Source: Acidocella sp.
GTDB lineage: Bacteria > Pseudomonadota > Alphaproteobacteria > Acetobacterales > Acetobacteraceae
Reading direction: 5' to 3'
Assembly (NCBI GenBank): GCA_031291755.1
Contig: JARLIK010000011.1
Span: forward strand, 36,066 to 100,065
DNA length: 64,000 nucleotides
Positions 1 to 9,041 of this stretch are shown here, piece by piece. The stretch's first letter is position 1. Each line of letters starts with the position of its first letter. The notes beneath the pieces were generated by a model that made no database searches, had not been told where the DNA came from, and worked only from the letters and a program-made list of their open reading frames with translations. A program made the translations under genes and the position numbers.

Positions 1-2
1 AT

Positions 3-158
3 CCGTTCCGGTTTGACCTGAACTTTGTCCATACTCTGCCGATCGGCGGTGCGCAGCTTGCCACCACTAGCGGTAGCCCACCTAAGACGACCTATTCCAA
101 TGCCTACCGTGGTCACACCTCGGATGCGGTTGGCTTGCGTCTTGAAGTTCAGTACTAA
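3..158 (+). CDS. C-terminal end of outer-membrane beta-barrel porin (OprO/OprP-like), partial
   Basis: Frame 3 reads PFRFDLNFVHTLP...SDAVGLRLEVQY*: amphipathic beta-strands and a terminal aromatic beta-signal; start lies before the window. Confidence 0.6.
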   Translation, partial: PFRFDLNFVHTLPIGGAQLATTSGSPPKTTYSNAYRGHTSDAVGLRLEVQY

Positions 159-182
159 AACTCTAATCTAGCCTGAAGGTTA

Positions 183-225
183 CGGCCGGCGCTTCAAAGT
201 GCCGGCCGCGACCCGTTTAACTTTA
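183..225 (+). terminator. Putative intrinsic terminator
   Basis: CGGCCGGCGC-TTCAAA-GTGCCGGCCG hairpin followed shortly by TTTAACTTT after the porin stop. Confidence 0.5.
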
Positions 226-279
226 AAAGCAATTCCCCGGCCGCCTTTGCCGCTACCGAATTGCCGAAGGATTCAATAA

Positions 280-921
280 ATGACTGGCCTTTACGATAGG
301 AATGCGGCGAACAACCCGCCTGAGCCCATCACACCGGACCTCGCGCATGATCACGATCATGATCATCCCCATGCCCCCGAAGGTCATAATCATCCTCCGG
401 GCGACGGCGCAAAATGGGACCGCTGGGCCAAGGAACGCGTGTTTGTTCGGGCTCTCAAAGGTACCTACAGCAATTTATATGAACAGCTTGTTGACCAGCC
501 ACGGGTTTATAAATCGCGCGATGAAGCCTGGAAGGGCGGTCCTGGCCTATACGGCAAGCATATTATCAGCCCGCAACATGCCAGCGTCACCCAATCCATC
601 GAAACCCATATCGAAGCCTACGCGCCAGGCGCCTATGGCCAGAAGCATGGGCATCTGAACAGCGCTGTATTTTACGTCCTCGAAGGCCGTGGCCACGACG
701 TGCATGACGGCCGCCGCATTGAGTGGAAAGCCGGCGATGTGATGATCGTCGAAAATGGCTGCGTGCATCAGCATTTTAACGATGACCCCGACAACCGCGC
801 GGTGCTGCTGGTGTTCAAGGCCAAGCCGCTGTTCCACTTCATGCATCTCATCTTTCAAAAAATCGTATCCTTCCCGCCGACCACCGGAAATGAAGATTTC
901 CGTCCGCCTACGGATCTGTGA
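280..921 (+). CDS. Cupin domain protein (gentisate 1,2-dioxygenase-like half), His-rich N-terminus
   Basis: Cupin motifs QKHGHLNSAVFYVLEGRG and GDVMIVENGCVHQHFN; N-terminal HDHDHDHPH. Confidence 0.8.
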   Translation: MTGLYDRNAANNPPEPITPDLAHDHDHDHPHAPEGHNHPPGDGAKWDRWAKERVFVRALKGTYSNLYEQLVDQPRVYKSRDEAWKGGPGLYGKHIISPQHASVTQSIETHIEAYAPGAYGQKHGHLNSAVFYVLEGRGHDVHDGRRIEWKAGDVMIVENGCVHQHFNDDPDNRAVLLVFKAKPLFHFMHLIFQKIVSFPPTTGNEDFRPPTDL

Positions 922-954
922 CCGCGCCGGTAGAAAATTGAATTGGAGACGACG

Positions 955-1500
955 ATGACTGTGTTAAACGAAAAAGACTTTGCCCATCTGCACGCTGCAG
1001 AAGTTGACTTCCGCGCTGTGGAAGTTGCCGCTTCTAAAATGTTTCGGGCCGAATACGCCACCCGTCCGGATGTTGTGCACGCCGAGGATATGCCGATTGA
1101 ACATTCACCGGATGGTCTGATCAAGCATCTGGTGCATCGCAATCTCAACACCAAGGAATGCTGTGTTGAGGCTTACATGCAGTTCCTCAAATCGGGTGAG
1201 CGCTCTGGTAAGCATCGCCACATGTGGGAGGAAGTTGTCTTCGTTGTCGAAGGCACCGGCTACGATTTACATTGGGACCTTGACTTTGACTGCAAGGAAC
1301 AATTTGAGTGGTCATGGAAAGCCGAGCCCAAAAAATTCACCTGGGAGCGCGGTGATTTCATCTATATCCCGCCCTTTACCGAGCATCAGCATTTCAACGA
1401 TGGTGAAGGCGAAGCACGCTTCATCGTGATGAGCAATCGTATTGTGAAAGACATGGGCTTCAACTGGTTTGACCAGTTGGAAAATGCCCCCGGCTACTGA
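955..1500 (+). CDS. Cupin domain protein
   Basis: Cupin motifs GKHRHMWEEVVFVVEGTG and GDFIYIPPFTEHQHFN; GGAG RBS before ATG 955. Confidence 0.8.
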   Translation: MTVLNEKDFAHLHAAEVDFRAVEVAASKMFRAEYATRPDVVHAEDMPIEHSPDGLIKHLVHRNLNTKECCVEAYMQFLKSGERSGKHRHMWEEVVFVVEGTGYDLHWDLDFDCKEQFEWSWKAEPKKFTWERGDFIYIPPFTEHQHFNDGEGEARFIVMSNRIVKDMGFNWFDQLENAPGY

Positions 1501-1509
1501 ATTTGCGTG

Positions 1510-1542
1510 ACGGCCGGGTATAAAGTCTGGCCGTTTGTTTTT
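1510..1542 (+). terminator. Putative terminator/attenuator after cupin pair
   Basis: ACGGCCGGG-TATAAAG-TCTGGCCGT hairpin (G-U pairs) followed by TTGTTTTT. Confidence 0.45.
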
Positions 1543-1606
1543 GCGTACACAGCTTGGCCACCACGCTGACAGATAAAAAAATGTCAGGTCGGAATTGGAG
1601 GAAATA

Positions 1607-2092
1607 ATGGACCTGAGAAGTAAATTTCACTGGAATCCAAAACGGCTTGTCCCGCCTCTGGCGCTGATGGTTATCGCCATCGGTTATCTGTCGCAAGTCG
1701 GCAGCTTTGGAGATCACACCGCAGCGGAAGCACCTGAGCTTTATGGTACCGTTTTGTTTGGATTATCCATTTTGGTGTTTTTACTGGCCTTACTGCCCAG
1801 TGCCAAGGCCCGGGAAAAACATAACCTGATCCAGCATACGGAAGAAAAGCTGGACTGGAAGATTGCGGTTCAAATGTTTGTCGCGGTGGCTGCTTTCATC
1901 GCCTTCGTGTTCATCGCAGGCTTTTATGTCGCCATCCCATTGTTTTTGGTATTGTTTCTAAACCTCGTCTCTCGCATGTCACTGATAACATCGGCGTCGT
2001 TCGCCGTTGTCGCGTTGGCGCTCACATGGTTTTTATTCAGCTACGTTCTAAGCTTGGAAGTGTTTACCGGCTATCTGGCCAACTATTTTTAA
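1607..2092 (+). CDS. tctB: Tripartite tricarboxylate transporter small subunit TctB family
   Basis: About 160 aa, 4-5 TM helices, GFYVAIPLFL...LFSYVLSL pattern; linked to a TctC gene. Confidence 0.65.
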   Translation: MDLRSKFHWNPKRLVPPLALMVIAIGYLSQVGSFGDHTAAEAPELYGTVLFGLSILVFLLALLPSAKAREKHNLIQHTEEKLDWKIAVQMFVAVAAFIAFVFIAGFYVAIPLFLVLFLNLVSRMSLITSASFAVVALALTWFLFSYVLSLEVFTGYLANYF

Positions 2093-2113
2093 TCTGCGTT
2101 GATAGGATCGTTC

Positions 2114-2581
2114 ATGGGCAAGCATATAACCCTGCAAGTTGATGGTTCGTCGCATGATTTCGATATGGCGGACCCCACAACCCCACTACTGTATTTGCTG
2201 CGTGATGATTTGGGGCTGAATAACCCGCATTTTGGCTGCGGGCTTTCACAGTGCGGCGCCTGTACGGTGCTGGTAAACGGCACGCCCATGCGCTCGTGCG
2301 TGTTGCCAGCCACGGCAGCAAACGATGCCAATATTACCACCTTGGCCGGGCTCGGCACACCGGAGCATCCGCATCCGGTGCAGCAGGCCTTTATCGACGA
2401 GCAGGCATTTTTCTGTGGCTACTGCATGAACGGTTGGGTGATGACGGCGGTTGCCCTGGTGCGAGATAAACCGCACGCCACTGATGCCGAAATCCGTCAC
2501 GCCTTTTCTGGTCTCAAGTGCCGGTGCGGTTCCCATATGTCCATTATCCGCGCAGTCAAGCGCCTGACGGAGGCAGCATAA
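2114..2581 (+). CDS. (2Fe-2S)-binding small subunit of molybdenum hydroxylase (IorA/NicA/CoxS type)
   Basis: FGCGLSQCGACTV...SC and CGYC...CRCG iron-sulfur motifs. Confidence 0.92.
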   Translation: MGKHITLQVDGSSHDFDMADPTTPLLYLLRDDLGLNNPHFGCGLSQCGACTVLVNGTPMRSCVLPATAANDANITTLAGLGTPEHPHPVQQAFIDEQAFFCGYCMNGWVMTAVALVRDKPHATDAEIRHAFSGLKCRCGSHMSIIRAVKRLTEAA

Positions 2582-4863
2582 TGGTCGCGTTCAACCAACT
2601 CATGCTTTCGCGCCGGCGCGCTTTGTGTACTGGCGGTGCGCTGTTCGTTTCCTTTGCCACCAGCGCTTGCTCGTCATCTGAAACAACTGCTGCTACGGGT
2701 ATGGGCAGTGCTACCAAGCCGGCCTTAACGCCACCTGAGCTGGATTCCTGGATCGCTGTAAAACAGGATAATTCAGTGGTGGGTTATTTCGGCAAAGTCG
2801 ATGTCGGGCTCGGCATCCAGGTAGCGATTGCTCAGATTATTGCTGATGAATTAGACGTTGGGTTCGATCAGGTCAGCGTAGTGATGGGCGATACCGCCTT
2901 CACCGTTAACCAAGGTGGTGCCAGCGGCAGTACCGGCCTGGAACTTGGCAGCGTATCGGTTCGCAACGCCGCAGCGCAGGCGCGGGCGCAACTGCTCGCT
3001 ATGGCTGCTGCCAAATTTGGCGCCCCGGCGAGCCGCCTCACGGTCAACGACGGTATCGTTTCTCTTGCCGATGAACCAGGTAAGACCATCTCGTATGGCG
3101 ATCTGATCGGCGGCAGATATTTCGACTACGAACTGACGTGGAACCACAAAATTGGCAATGAATTGCTGGTTGAAGGCACTGCGCCACTGAAGAATCATGC
3201 GGATTACCGGGTGGTCGGCAAATCTATCCCGCGGGCCGATATCGCGGATAAGCTGTTTGGCAATGAGGTCTTCAACACCGACGTGCGCGTGCCCGGCATG
3301 CTGCATGGCCGCATGGTCCGCCCACCGGTTGCTGGTGCTATCGTCGTGAAGGTGCATCCTGAATCGGTGCAGCTCCTGCCCGATGTGCAACTGGTTGTGC
3401 ATAATAATTTAGTTGGTGTGGTGGCCGCGAAGGAATGGACTGCCATCCAAGCCGCGAAGCTGCTCAAGATCGACTGGTCGACGCCAAAGCCAGCCTTTCC
3501 AGCCGAGGCCGATCTCTATAAAACCATCGAGTCCGCCAAGACAGTAGGCAAGGGAGGCCCCAAGCCGACAGGCGACACGAAAGCCACCATGGCTGCCGCC
3601 TCCAAGACCATCGAAGCCACCTATCTTTGGCCCTTCCAATCGCATGCCAGCATGGGGCCGGCCTGCGCCATCGTCGATGTGCAGCCCGACCACGTCACCA
3701 TCTGGACCGGTGACCAGAAGCCGCATTACGTGCGTGACGGTGTCGCCGCGTTACTTGGCGTGCCGGCTGCAAAAGTTCACGCCATCTGGCTGCGCGGACC
3801 GGGCTCCTACGGCCGTAACGATGGTGGTGATTCTGCAATGGATGCCGCGGTGCTTTCCAAAGCTGTCGGCAAGCCGGTGCGCGTGCAATACATGCGGATT
3901 GATGCCACGGCATGGGACCCTAAAGGTCCAGCTTCAGTGCATAAGACGTCCGCCGGTATTGATGCCAACGGTAAAGTGGTGGCCTACCACTATCGCAGCA
4001 TCGCCTTCTCGCGCGAAAACATTGCTTCGCACCCGGATGACCCCACGCAAAGTCTGGCCGGCCAGTTCATGGGCATGCCGGTAAGCTCCAAGCAGGCGTT
4101 TGATGTGCCTGATGAAACCTATGATTTCGGTGTTCAGCATCTTGACTGGGAGGTGGTTCCAGCACTGCTTGACCGTGCCTCACCCTTACGCACCTCGCAT
4201 CTGCGCGACCCGTTGGGTCCGCAAATAAATTTCGCCAGTGAATGCTTCATGGACGAGTTGGCGCTGGCGACTAACATGGACCCGGTCGCCTTCCGACTTA
4301 AATACCTCAAGGATAAACGCGGTACCGTGGTAATTGAGGCCGCCGCTAAGGCGGCGAACTGGCAGCCGCAGATGGGGCATCCCGGCAAACCGCAGGGCGT
4401 TTTGCTCAAGGGGCGTGGTATGGCATTTGCCCGCCGCAAGGACACTCGCGTTGCGGTGATCGTGGATGTCGAAGTTGATCGCCATACTGGTCGTGTCTGG
4501 CCGCGCCATTGGTTTGTCGCGCATGATTGCGGGCTCATAGTCAACCCCAATACGTTACGACGCGTTATCGAAGGCAACATCGTGCACGCCACCAGCCGCG
4601 CCTTGTTCGAAGAAGTGGCCTTCAACCCGCACATGGTTACCAGCGTCGATTGGCTGAGCTACCCGATTCTCGATATCAAGGACGCACCCGAGAGCATCAA
4701 TATCACGCTGATCAACCATAAGGATGATTTACCACTGGGTGCTGGCGAGCCTTCATCGCGACCGGTGGCCTCGGCCATTGCCAACGCTGTGTTCAACGCC
4801 ACCGGCATTCGTTTCCGTCAGGCGCCACTTACCAAAGCCCGTGTCAAAGCCGCGTTCATTTGA
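2581..4863 (+). CDS. Xanthine-dehydrogenase-family molybdopterin-binding subunit (IorB/NicB type)
   Basis: Tat-like SRRRAL, GKVDVGLGI, GSYGR, GAGEP...AIANAVFNATGIRFR motifs; coupled to the 2Fe-2S gene (TAATG). Confidence 0.9.
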   Translation: MVAFNQLMLSRRRALCTGGALFVSFATSACSSSETTAATGMGSATKPALTPPELDSWIAVKQDNSVVGYFGKVDVGLGIQVAIAQIIADELDVGFDQVSVVMGDTAFTVNQGGASGSTGLELGSVSVRNAAAQARAQLLAMAAAKFGAPASRLTVNDGIVSLADEPGKTISYGDLIGGRYFDYELTWNHKIGNELLVEGTAPLKNHADYRVVGKSIPRADIADKLFGNEVFNTDVRVPGMLHGRMVRPPVAGAIVVKVHPESVQLLPDVQLVVHNNLVGVVAAKEWTAIQAAKLLKIDWSTPKPAFPAEADLYKTIESAKTVGKGGPKPTGDTKATMAAASKTIEATYLWPFQSHASMGPACAIVDVQPDHVTIWTGDQKPHYVRDGVAALLGVPAAKVHAIWLRGPGSYGRNDGGDSAMDAAVLSKAVGKPVRVQYMRIDATAWDPKGPASVHKTSAGIDANGKVVAYHYRSIAFSRENIASHPDDPTQSLAGQFMGMPVSSKQAFDVPDETYDFGVQHLDWEVVPALLDRASPLRTSHLRDPLGPQINFASECFMDELALATNMDPVAFRLKYLKDKRGTVVIEAAAKAANWQPQMGHPGKPQGVLLKGRGMAFARRKDTRVAVIVDVEVDRHTGRVWPRHWFVAHDCGLIVNPNTLRRVIEGNIVHATSRALFEEVAFNPHMVTSVDWLSYPILDIKDAPESINITLINHKDDLPLGAGEPSSRPVASAIANAVFNATGIRFRQAPLTKARVKAAFI

Positions 4864-4892
4864 TGCGGCTTGCAGAACAAAAGGTAAATTCC

Positions 4893-5879
4893 ATGTCGAA
4901 ACATTCACAAATTTCGCGCCGCCACTTCCTGCAAGCGGGCTCCACCATCGTCGCCGGTTCATGCCTGCTGCCGCATTTTGCCAAGGCGGACACATTCCCT
5001 GACAAAACCATCAGCTTTGTGGTGCCCGATAGTGGCGGCGGCAGCTTTGATGCCTATGTGCGTAAATTCGCCGAATACATGCCGCAGTATTTGCCGCATA
5101 AGGTGAATGTTGAACCACTGCCGATCCCGGGTGCCGGTGGTCAGGCAGCCGCTTTTCAGATTCAGAATGCACCGCCTGATGGATATTTCATCGGCATGTT
5201 GAACGTGCCCGGAATCTTTACCTCGCAGTTTGGTAAAAAACCCTCCAAGACCAATCTCGATAGTTTAACCTGGGTGGCCAATCTCGGACGCGAGGGCTAT
5301 GGGCTGGCGGTTTCCAAGGACAGCCCGATTAAGAATATTGCCGACATGCAAAAAATCGCAACGACACGCCCGATCACTTTCTCATCGACTGGTTCAGGCT
5401 CTACCGATAATTTTGCCACCCGGGTATTTTCAGCCTCGTTGGGAATCAACTTCAGGATCGTCACCGGCTATACCGGCTCAGCCCCCACCATGGTCGCGGT
5501 CGCGCGCGGCGATGTCGATGCTACCGTGCATTCACTTGCAACATTGCAAGCCATGGCAAAAACCGGGTTGATCCGTATTATCTTCTCGTTTCAGCCCAAT
5601 AGCGGCATCGCCGGTATCGACGACGCCATGTCCGTCGGGGCGCCAACCCTATCCGAGATTTATCAGTGGCGCCCGGTTGTTGCCCCGCCCAACCTGCCAC
5701 AGACAATTTTGCAAACCCTGTCCGACGCGCTGATCGGCACAGCTTCGGTGCCTGAAGTGAAAGAGTGGGCTCAGGCGGCTGGAACCAGCCTGTTTCCGCT
5801 CGACTACCGCGGTGTCAAAAAAATGATCGATCAGCAAAAAGCCCTGATCGAAACATGGAAATCTGTACTCAAAGCCTAG
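4893..5879 (+). CDS. tctC: TctC/Bug-family periplasmic substrate-binding protein
   Basis: Tat signal SRRHFL; VVPDSGGGSFD, PGAGG, PPDGY, Y-G-AP...G-VD Bug motifs. Confidence 0.85.
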   Translation: MSKHSQISRRHFLQAGSTIVAGSCLLPHFAKADTFPDKTISFVVPDSGGGSFDAYVRKFAEYMPQYLPHKVNVEPLPIPGAGGQAAAFQIQNAPPDGYFIGMLNVPGIFTSQFGKKPSKTNLDSLTWVANLGREGYGLAVSKDSPIKNIADMQKIATTRPITFSSTGSGSTDNFATRVFSASLGINFRIVTGYTGSAPTMVAVARGDVDATVHSLATLQAMAKTGLIRIIFSFQPNSGIAGIDDAMSVGAPTLSEIYQWRPVVAPPNLPQTILQTLSDALIGTASVPEVKEWAQAAGTSLFPLDYRGVKKMIDQQKALIETWKSVLKA

Positions 5880-5900
5880 CTGGCTTTAGGGCGGGGGGAA

Positions 5901-7274
5901 ATGAACAATAATAGAGTAAATGTTGCAGAGGCTATCGAAGCTCAGTCAAACCGGGTTTTTTTTGTTGTTTTATTGATTTTGGTGGCAACGGCTTCGTTCT
6001 TTGAAGGGTTCGATGCGCAAATCCAGGGCTATACGGCGCCGACCATCACGAAACTCTGGCACATCCAGCGCTCTGACTTCAGCCCTGTGTTCGTGTTCTT
6101 TCAACTAGGCTTCATGTTGGGTGCCATCGGCTTCGGCAATTTAGGTGACATTATGGGCCGCCGCCTGATGATCGTTGGTGGCGTGTTCTTGTTTGGCGTG
6201 TTCACCGTGGCCGGCGGGCTCTGTGGTGATGTCACATCGCTGGCTGCCACGCGATTCGTCTCGGCTTTATTCCTTGGGGCCGCTGCCCCCAATGCCATCG
6301 CATTGATGATCGATTATTCACCGATGAAACGGCGCGCCTTCAATGTCGGTATTATGTTCACCCTCTATACCCTGGGCGGTGCCGGAGGCGGATTTCTCTC
6401 GGCTTGGCTGGTTCCGCATTTTGGATGGCAAGCGGTTTATTGGGTATGCGGTCTTCTGGCGATGGCTTTTTCGGGCATTCTATTGCAGCGCCTGCCGGAA
6501 TCCGTCCGCTATATGGTCATCCGTCACAAACATCAGGCAGCATTGGCGGCTATCATGCAGCGCTTGGCGCCAAGTCTGACAATCGGCGCTGACACCGTGT
6601 TTTTCCTGCCCCAGTCGACCGAGCGAACACCATGGGTCGGCGAGCTGTTTACCCAGCATCGCGGATTGATGACTTTTTTCTTATGGTCGGCTTACAGCAT
6701 CAACCTGATGGGGCTGATATTTGTCACCAGTTGGATGCCAACGGTGTTTGCCGATAGTGGCCTGACGGTTGCTAGTGCGGTTATCGCCACCAGCCTGTAT
6801 CAACTCGGCGGCGCCACCGGCAGTGTGCTGTTCGGCTGGATACTGGATCGTGCCATGGGGATATTTCAGCTCGCCGTGATCTGTCTGGTTGCGGTGCCCA
6901 TCATCATTGCCATCGGCCATGCCACGGGGGTGCTGCCGCTGGTTCTCGTGCTCACATTTTTGGCAGGCATTTGCATTGTCGGCACGCAAAATGGCCTGAA
7001 CGCCCTCTCCGGCGTGGTGTATCCTACCTATTTGCGGTCAACAGGCTCAGGCTGGACCAGTGGTATTGGCCGAATCGGTGCCATCATAGGCCCACTTCTT
7101 GGCGGCGTTCTGATCAGTATGCATTTGCCTCTCACGACTATTTTTGTAATTTTGGCGCTTCCGTCGCTGTGTGTTGCGGCGTGTCTGTTTGGCATTAACC
7201 GATTTCAGCCACGTTCTGCCTTGGAGTCTGCTAAAATAGTTGATGTTCGCGTTGCAAAGCGGCAAATTTCGTGA
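5901..7274 (+). CDS. MFS aromatic acid:H+ symporter (PcaK/BenK/MhpT family)
   Basis: EGFD in TM1, GDIMGRR motif A, LPESVRY, YPTYLRSTGSGW...GRIGAIIGP. Confidence 0.88.
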   Translation: MNNNRVNVAEAIEAQSNRVFFVVLLILVATASFFEGFDAQIQGYTAPTITKLWHIQRSDFSPVFVFFQLGFMLGAIGFGNLGDIMGRRLMIVGGVFLFGVFTVAGGLCGDVTSLAATRFVSALFLGAAAPNAIALMIDYSPMKRRAFNVGIMFTLYTLGGAGGGFLSAWLVPHFGWQAVYWVCGLLAMAFSGILLQRLPESVRYMVIRHKHQAALAAIMQRLAPSLTIGADTVFFLPQSTERTPWVGELFTQHRGLMTFFLWSAYSINLMGLIFVTSWMPTVFADSGLTVASAVIATSLYQLGGATGSVLFGWILDRAMGIFQLAVICLVAVPIIIAIGHATGVLPLVLVLTFLAGICIVGTQNGLNALSGVVYPTYLRSTGSGWTSGIGRIGAIIGPLLGGVLISMHLPLTTIFVILALPSLCVAACLFGINRFQPRSALESAKIVDVRVAKRQIS

Positions 7275-7416
7275 AATTGGTCGCGTTTTGGATGGTGGAC
7301 TTGGGTTTTTGACTGGTTGTGATTGCGTTGCTCCCAGGGAGTTGGCAATGACGCTTTCTACTCCTGGGATAACCTGGATTGTACGGAATATTTTAATAAA
7401 AGGTCTCTGAAGTCAG

Positions 7417-8244
7417 ATGGTGAGCGGTAAAATTGTCAAATTAGCGTCGCCTGATCTCGTAGCCCCTGGTGGTCTGTTGGACCCTACAGAGGATAACAAC
7501 TACATCGCGGCCCTGGCCCGCGGCTTGGCGGTGATGCGGGCCTTTGCCGGCCAGCGCAACCAACTCACCATGGCGGAAATTGCTAAGCTTGTGGGGTTGC
7601 CCCGCGCCACCGTCCGGCGTTGCCTGATAACTCTTACCGCGCTCGGGTATATCGACACCAATGGCAAATACTACCGACTGACCCCGCAGGTGCTTACCCT
7701 CTCACAGTCCTATTTCTCCTCAAACCCGCTGCCACGGGTGGCCCAGCCCTTTATTGAGCAGGTCAGCGAGGCAGTCGGCGAGTCCTGCTCGGTCTCGGTT
7801 CTCACCGGGGACGAGGTCATCTATGTTGCCCGCTCAACCCGCAAGCGCGCGGCCTCGGTCCACCGTGATGTTGGCCAAAACCTGCCTGCCTATTGCACCT
7901 CCATGGGCCGGGTTTTGCTGGCGCATCTCGAGCCGGAACAACTTGATGCCTATTTCAAGCGTGTCACCATGAAAAAATTCACCCATGAGACCGTCACCGA
8001 CGAGACCGCCATGCGCGCCCTGCTGGACCAAGTCCGCCGCCGCGAATTTTGCATGATAGACGGCGAGTTAGAGCATAATCTACGCGCAGTGGCGGTGCCG
8101 GTGCGTGACCAGTCGGGCCGGGTTATTGCTGCGGCGCACATCAGCTCGGAGGCTGACCGCACGCCGAAGGAAAAGATGCGCAACGAATTCCTGCCGGTTC
8201 TGCGCTCTGCCGTCTCACAGATGCGCTCTCTGCTGATCGGCTAA
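7417..8244 (+). CDS. pcaR: IclR-family regulator, PcaR/PcaU/PobR subfamily
   Basis: ALARGLAVMRAF, GLPRATVRRCLITL HTH, LPAYCTSMGRVLLA. Confidence 0.85.
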   Translation: MVSGKIVKLASPDLVAPGGLLDPTEDNNYIAALARGLAVMRAFAGQRNQLTMAEIAKLVGLPRATVRRCLITLTALGYIDTNGKYYRLTPQVLTLSQSYFSSNPLPRVAQPFIEQVSEAVGESCSVSVLTGDEVIYVARSTRKRAASVHRDVGQNLPAYCTSMGRVLLAHLEPEQLDAYFKRVTMKKFTHETVTDETAMRALLDQVRRREFCMIDGELEHNLRAVAVPVRDQSGRVIAAAHISSEADRTPKEKMRNEFLPVLRSAVSQMRSLLIG

Positions 8245-8271
8245 AAAGCCCGTAAAATCTTTCGTATTGGT

Positions 8272-8285
8272 TTGACGCGGATCAA
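8272..8285 (+). promoter_or_regulatory. FNR/FixK-type binding site
   Basis: TTGAC-GCGG-ATCAA, one mismatch from TTGAT-N4-ATCAA, about 55 bp upstream of the CBS-BON gene. Confidence 0.7.
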
Positions 8286-8339
8286 GGTGGTACAATGGCA
8301 CCGCTGTCATCATATAGCTCATATACTTAGGAGGATGAC

Positions 8340-9038
8340 ATGAACGTCTCTGAACTGATGACCAAAAAGCTGATTTCGGTGCAGCCGGGCACCAGCCTGG
8401 CCGATGCCGCCCGTATCATGCTGGACCAGCATGTTAGTGGGCTGCCGGTGGTTGATGCGCTTGGAAAACTCGTCGGCGTCGTGACTGAGGGCGATCTGCT
8501 GCGCCGCGCCGAAATTGGCACCGCCGGTAAGCCGGCTGGGTGGCTGAAGACCTTTTTCCTGCCCGACAGTCTGGCGGCTGACTACGTCAAGACCCATGGC
8601 CGCCACGTCTCAGAGGTTATGACCGCCGAGCCGATTACCGTGACTCCGCAAACCGCCCTGGCCGATGCTGCGGCGTTGATGGTGAGCAAACACATCAAGC
8701 GGCTGCCAGTCGTGTCGGAGGGAGCGCTGGTGGGTGTGGTCAGCCGGACTGACCTGCTGCGCGTTCTGGCGTTGAAACTAATTGAAATTCAGGCATGCAA
8801 ACCATCAGATGTTGAAATCGCCGAGCATATCAAAACCAGCTTGGAGCATGAAAACTGGACCCCGAAGGCCGGGATTCACATCGAGGTGAAAAGCGGCGTG
8901 GTGTATCTCAAGGGCATTATCATGAGCGATGCCGAGAAGCAGGCGGTCAATGTGATTGCCGAGAACGCGCCCGGTGTGAAGGAAGTCGTCGACGAGCTGG
9001 TATTCGTGGACCCCGCTACCGGGATGGCGTTTCAATAG
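8340..9038 (+). CDS. CBS-domain pair plus BON domain protein
   Basis: Two CBS repeats (SGLPVVD...LVGVVTEGDLL; IKRLPVV...LVGVVSRTDLL) and a C-terminal BON (GVVYLKG...PGVKEVVDEL); AGGAGG RBS. Confidence 0.9.
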   Translation: MNVSELMTKKLISVQPGTSLADAARIMLDQHVSGLPVVDALGKLVGVVTEGDLLRRAEIGTAGKPAGWLKTFFLPDSLAADYVKTHGRHVSEVMTAEPITVTPQTALADAAALMVSKHIKRLPVVSEGALVGVVSRTDLLRVLALKLIEIQACKPSDVEIAEHIKTSLEHENWTPKAGIHIEVKSGVVYLKGIIMSDAEKQAVNVIAENAPGVKEVVDELVFVDPATGMAFQ

Positions 9039-9041
9039 GCG

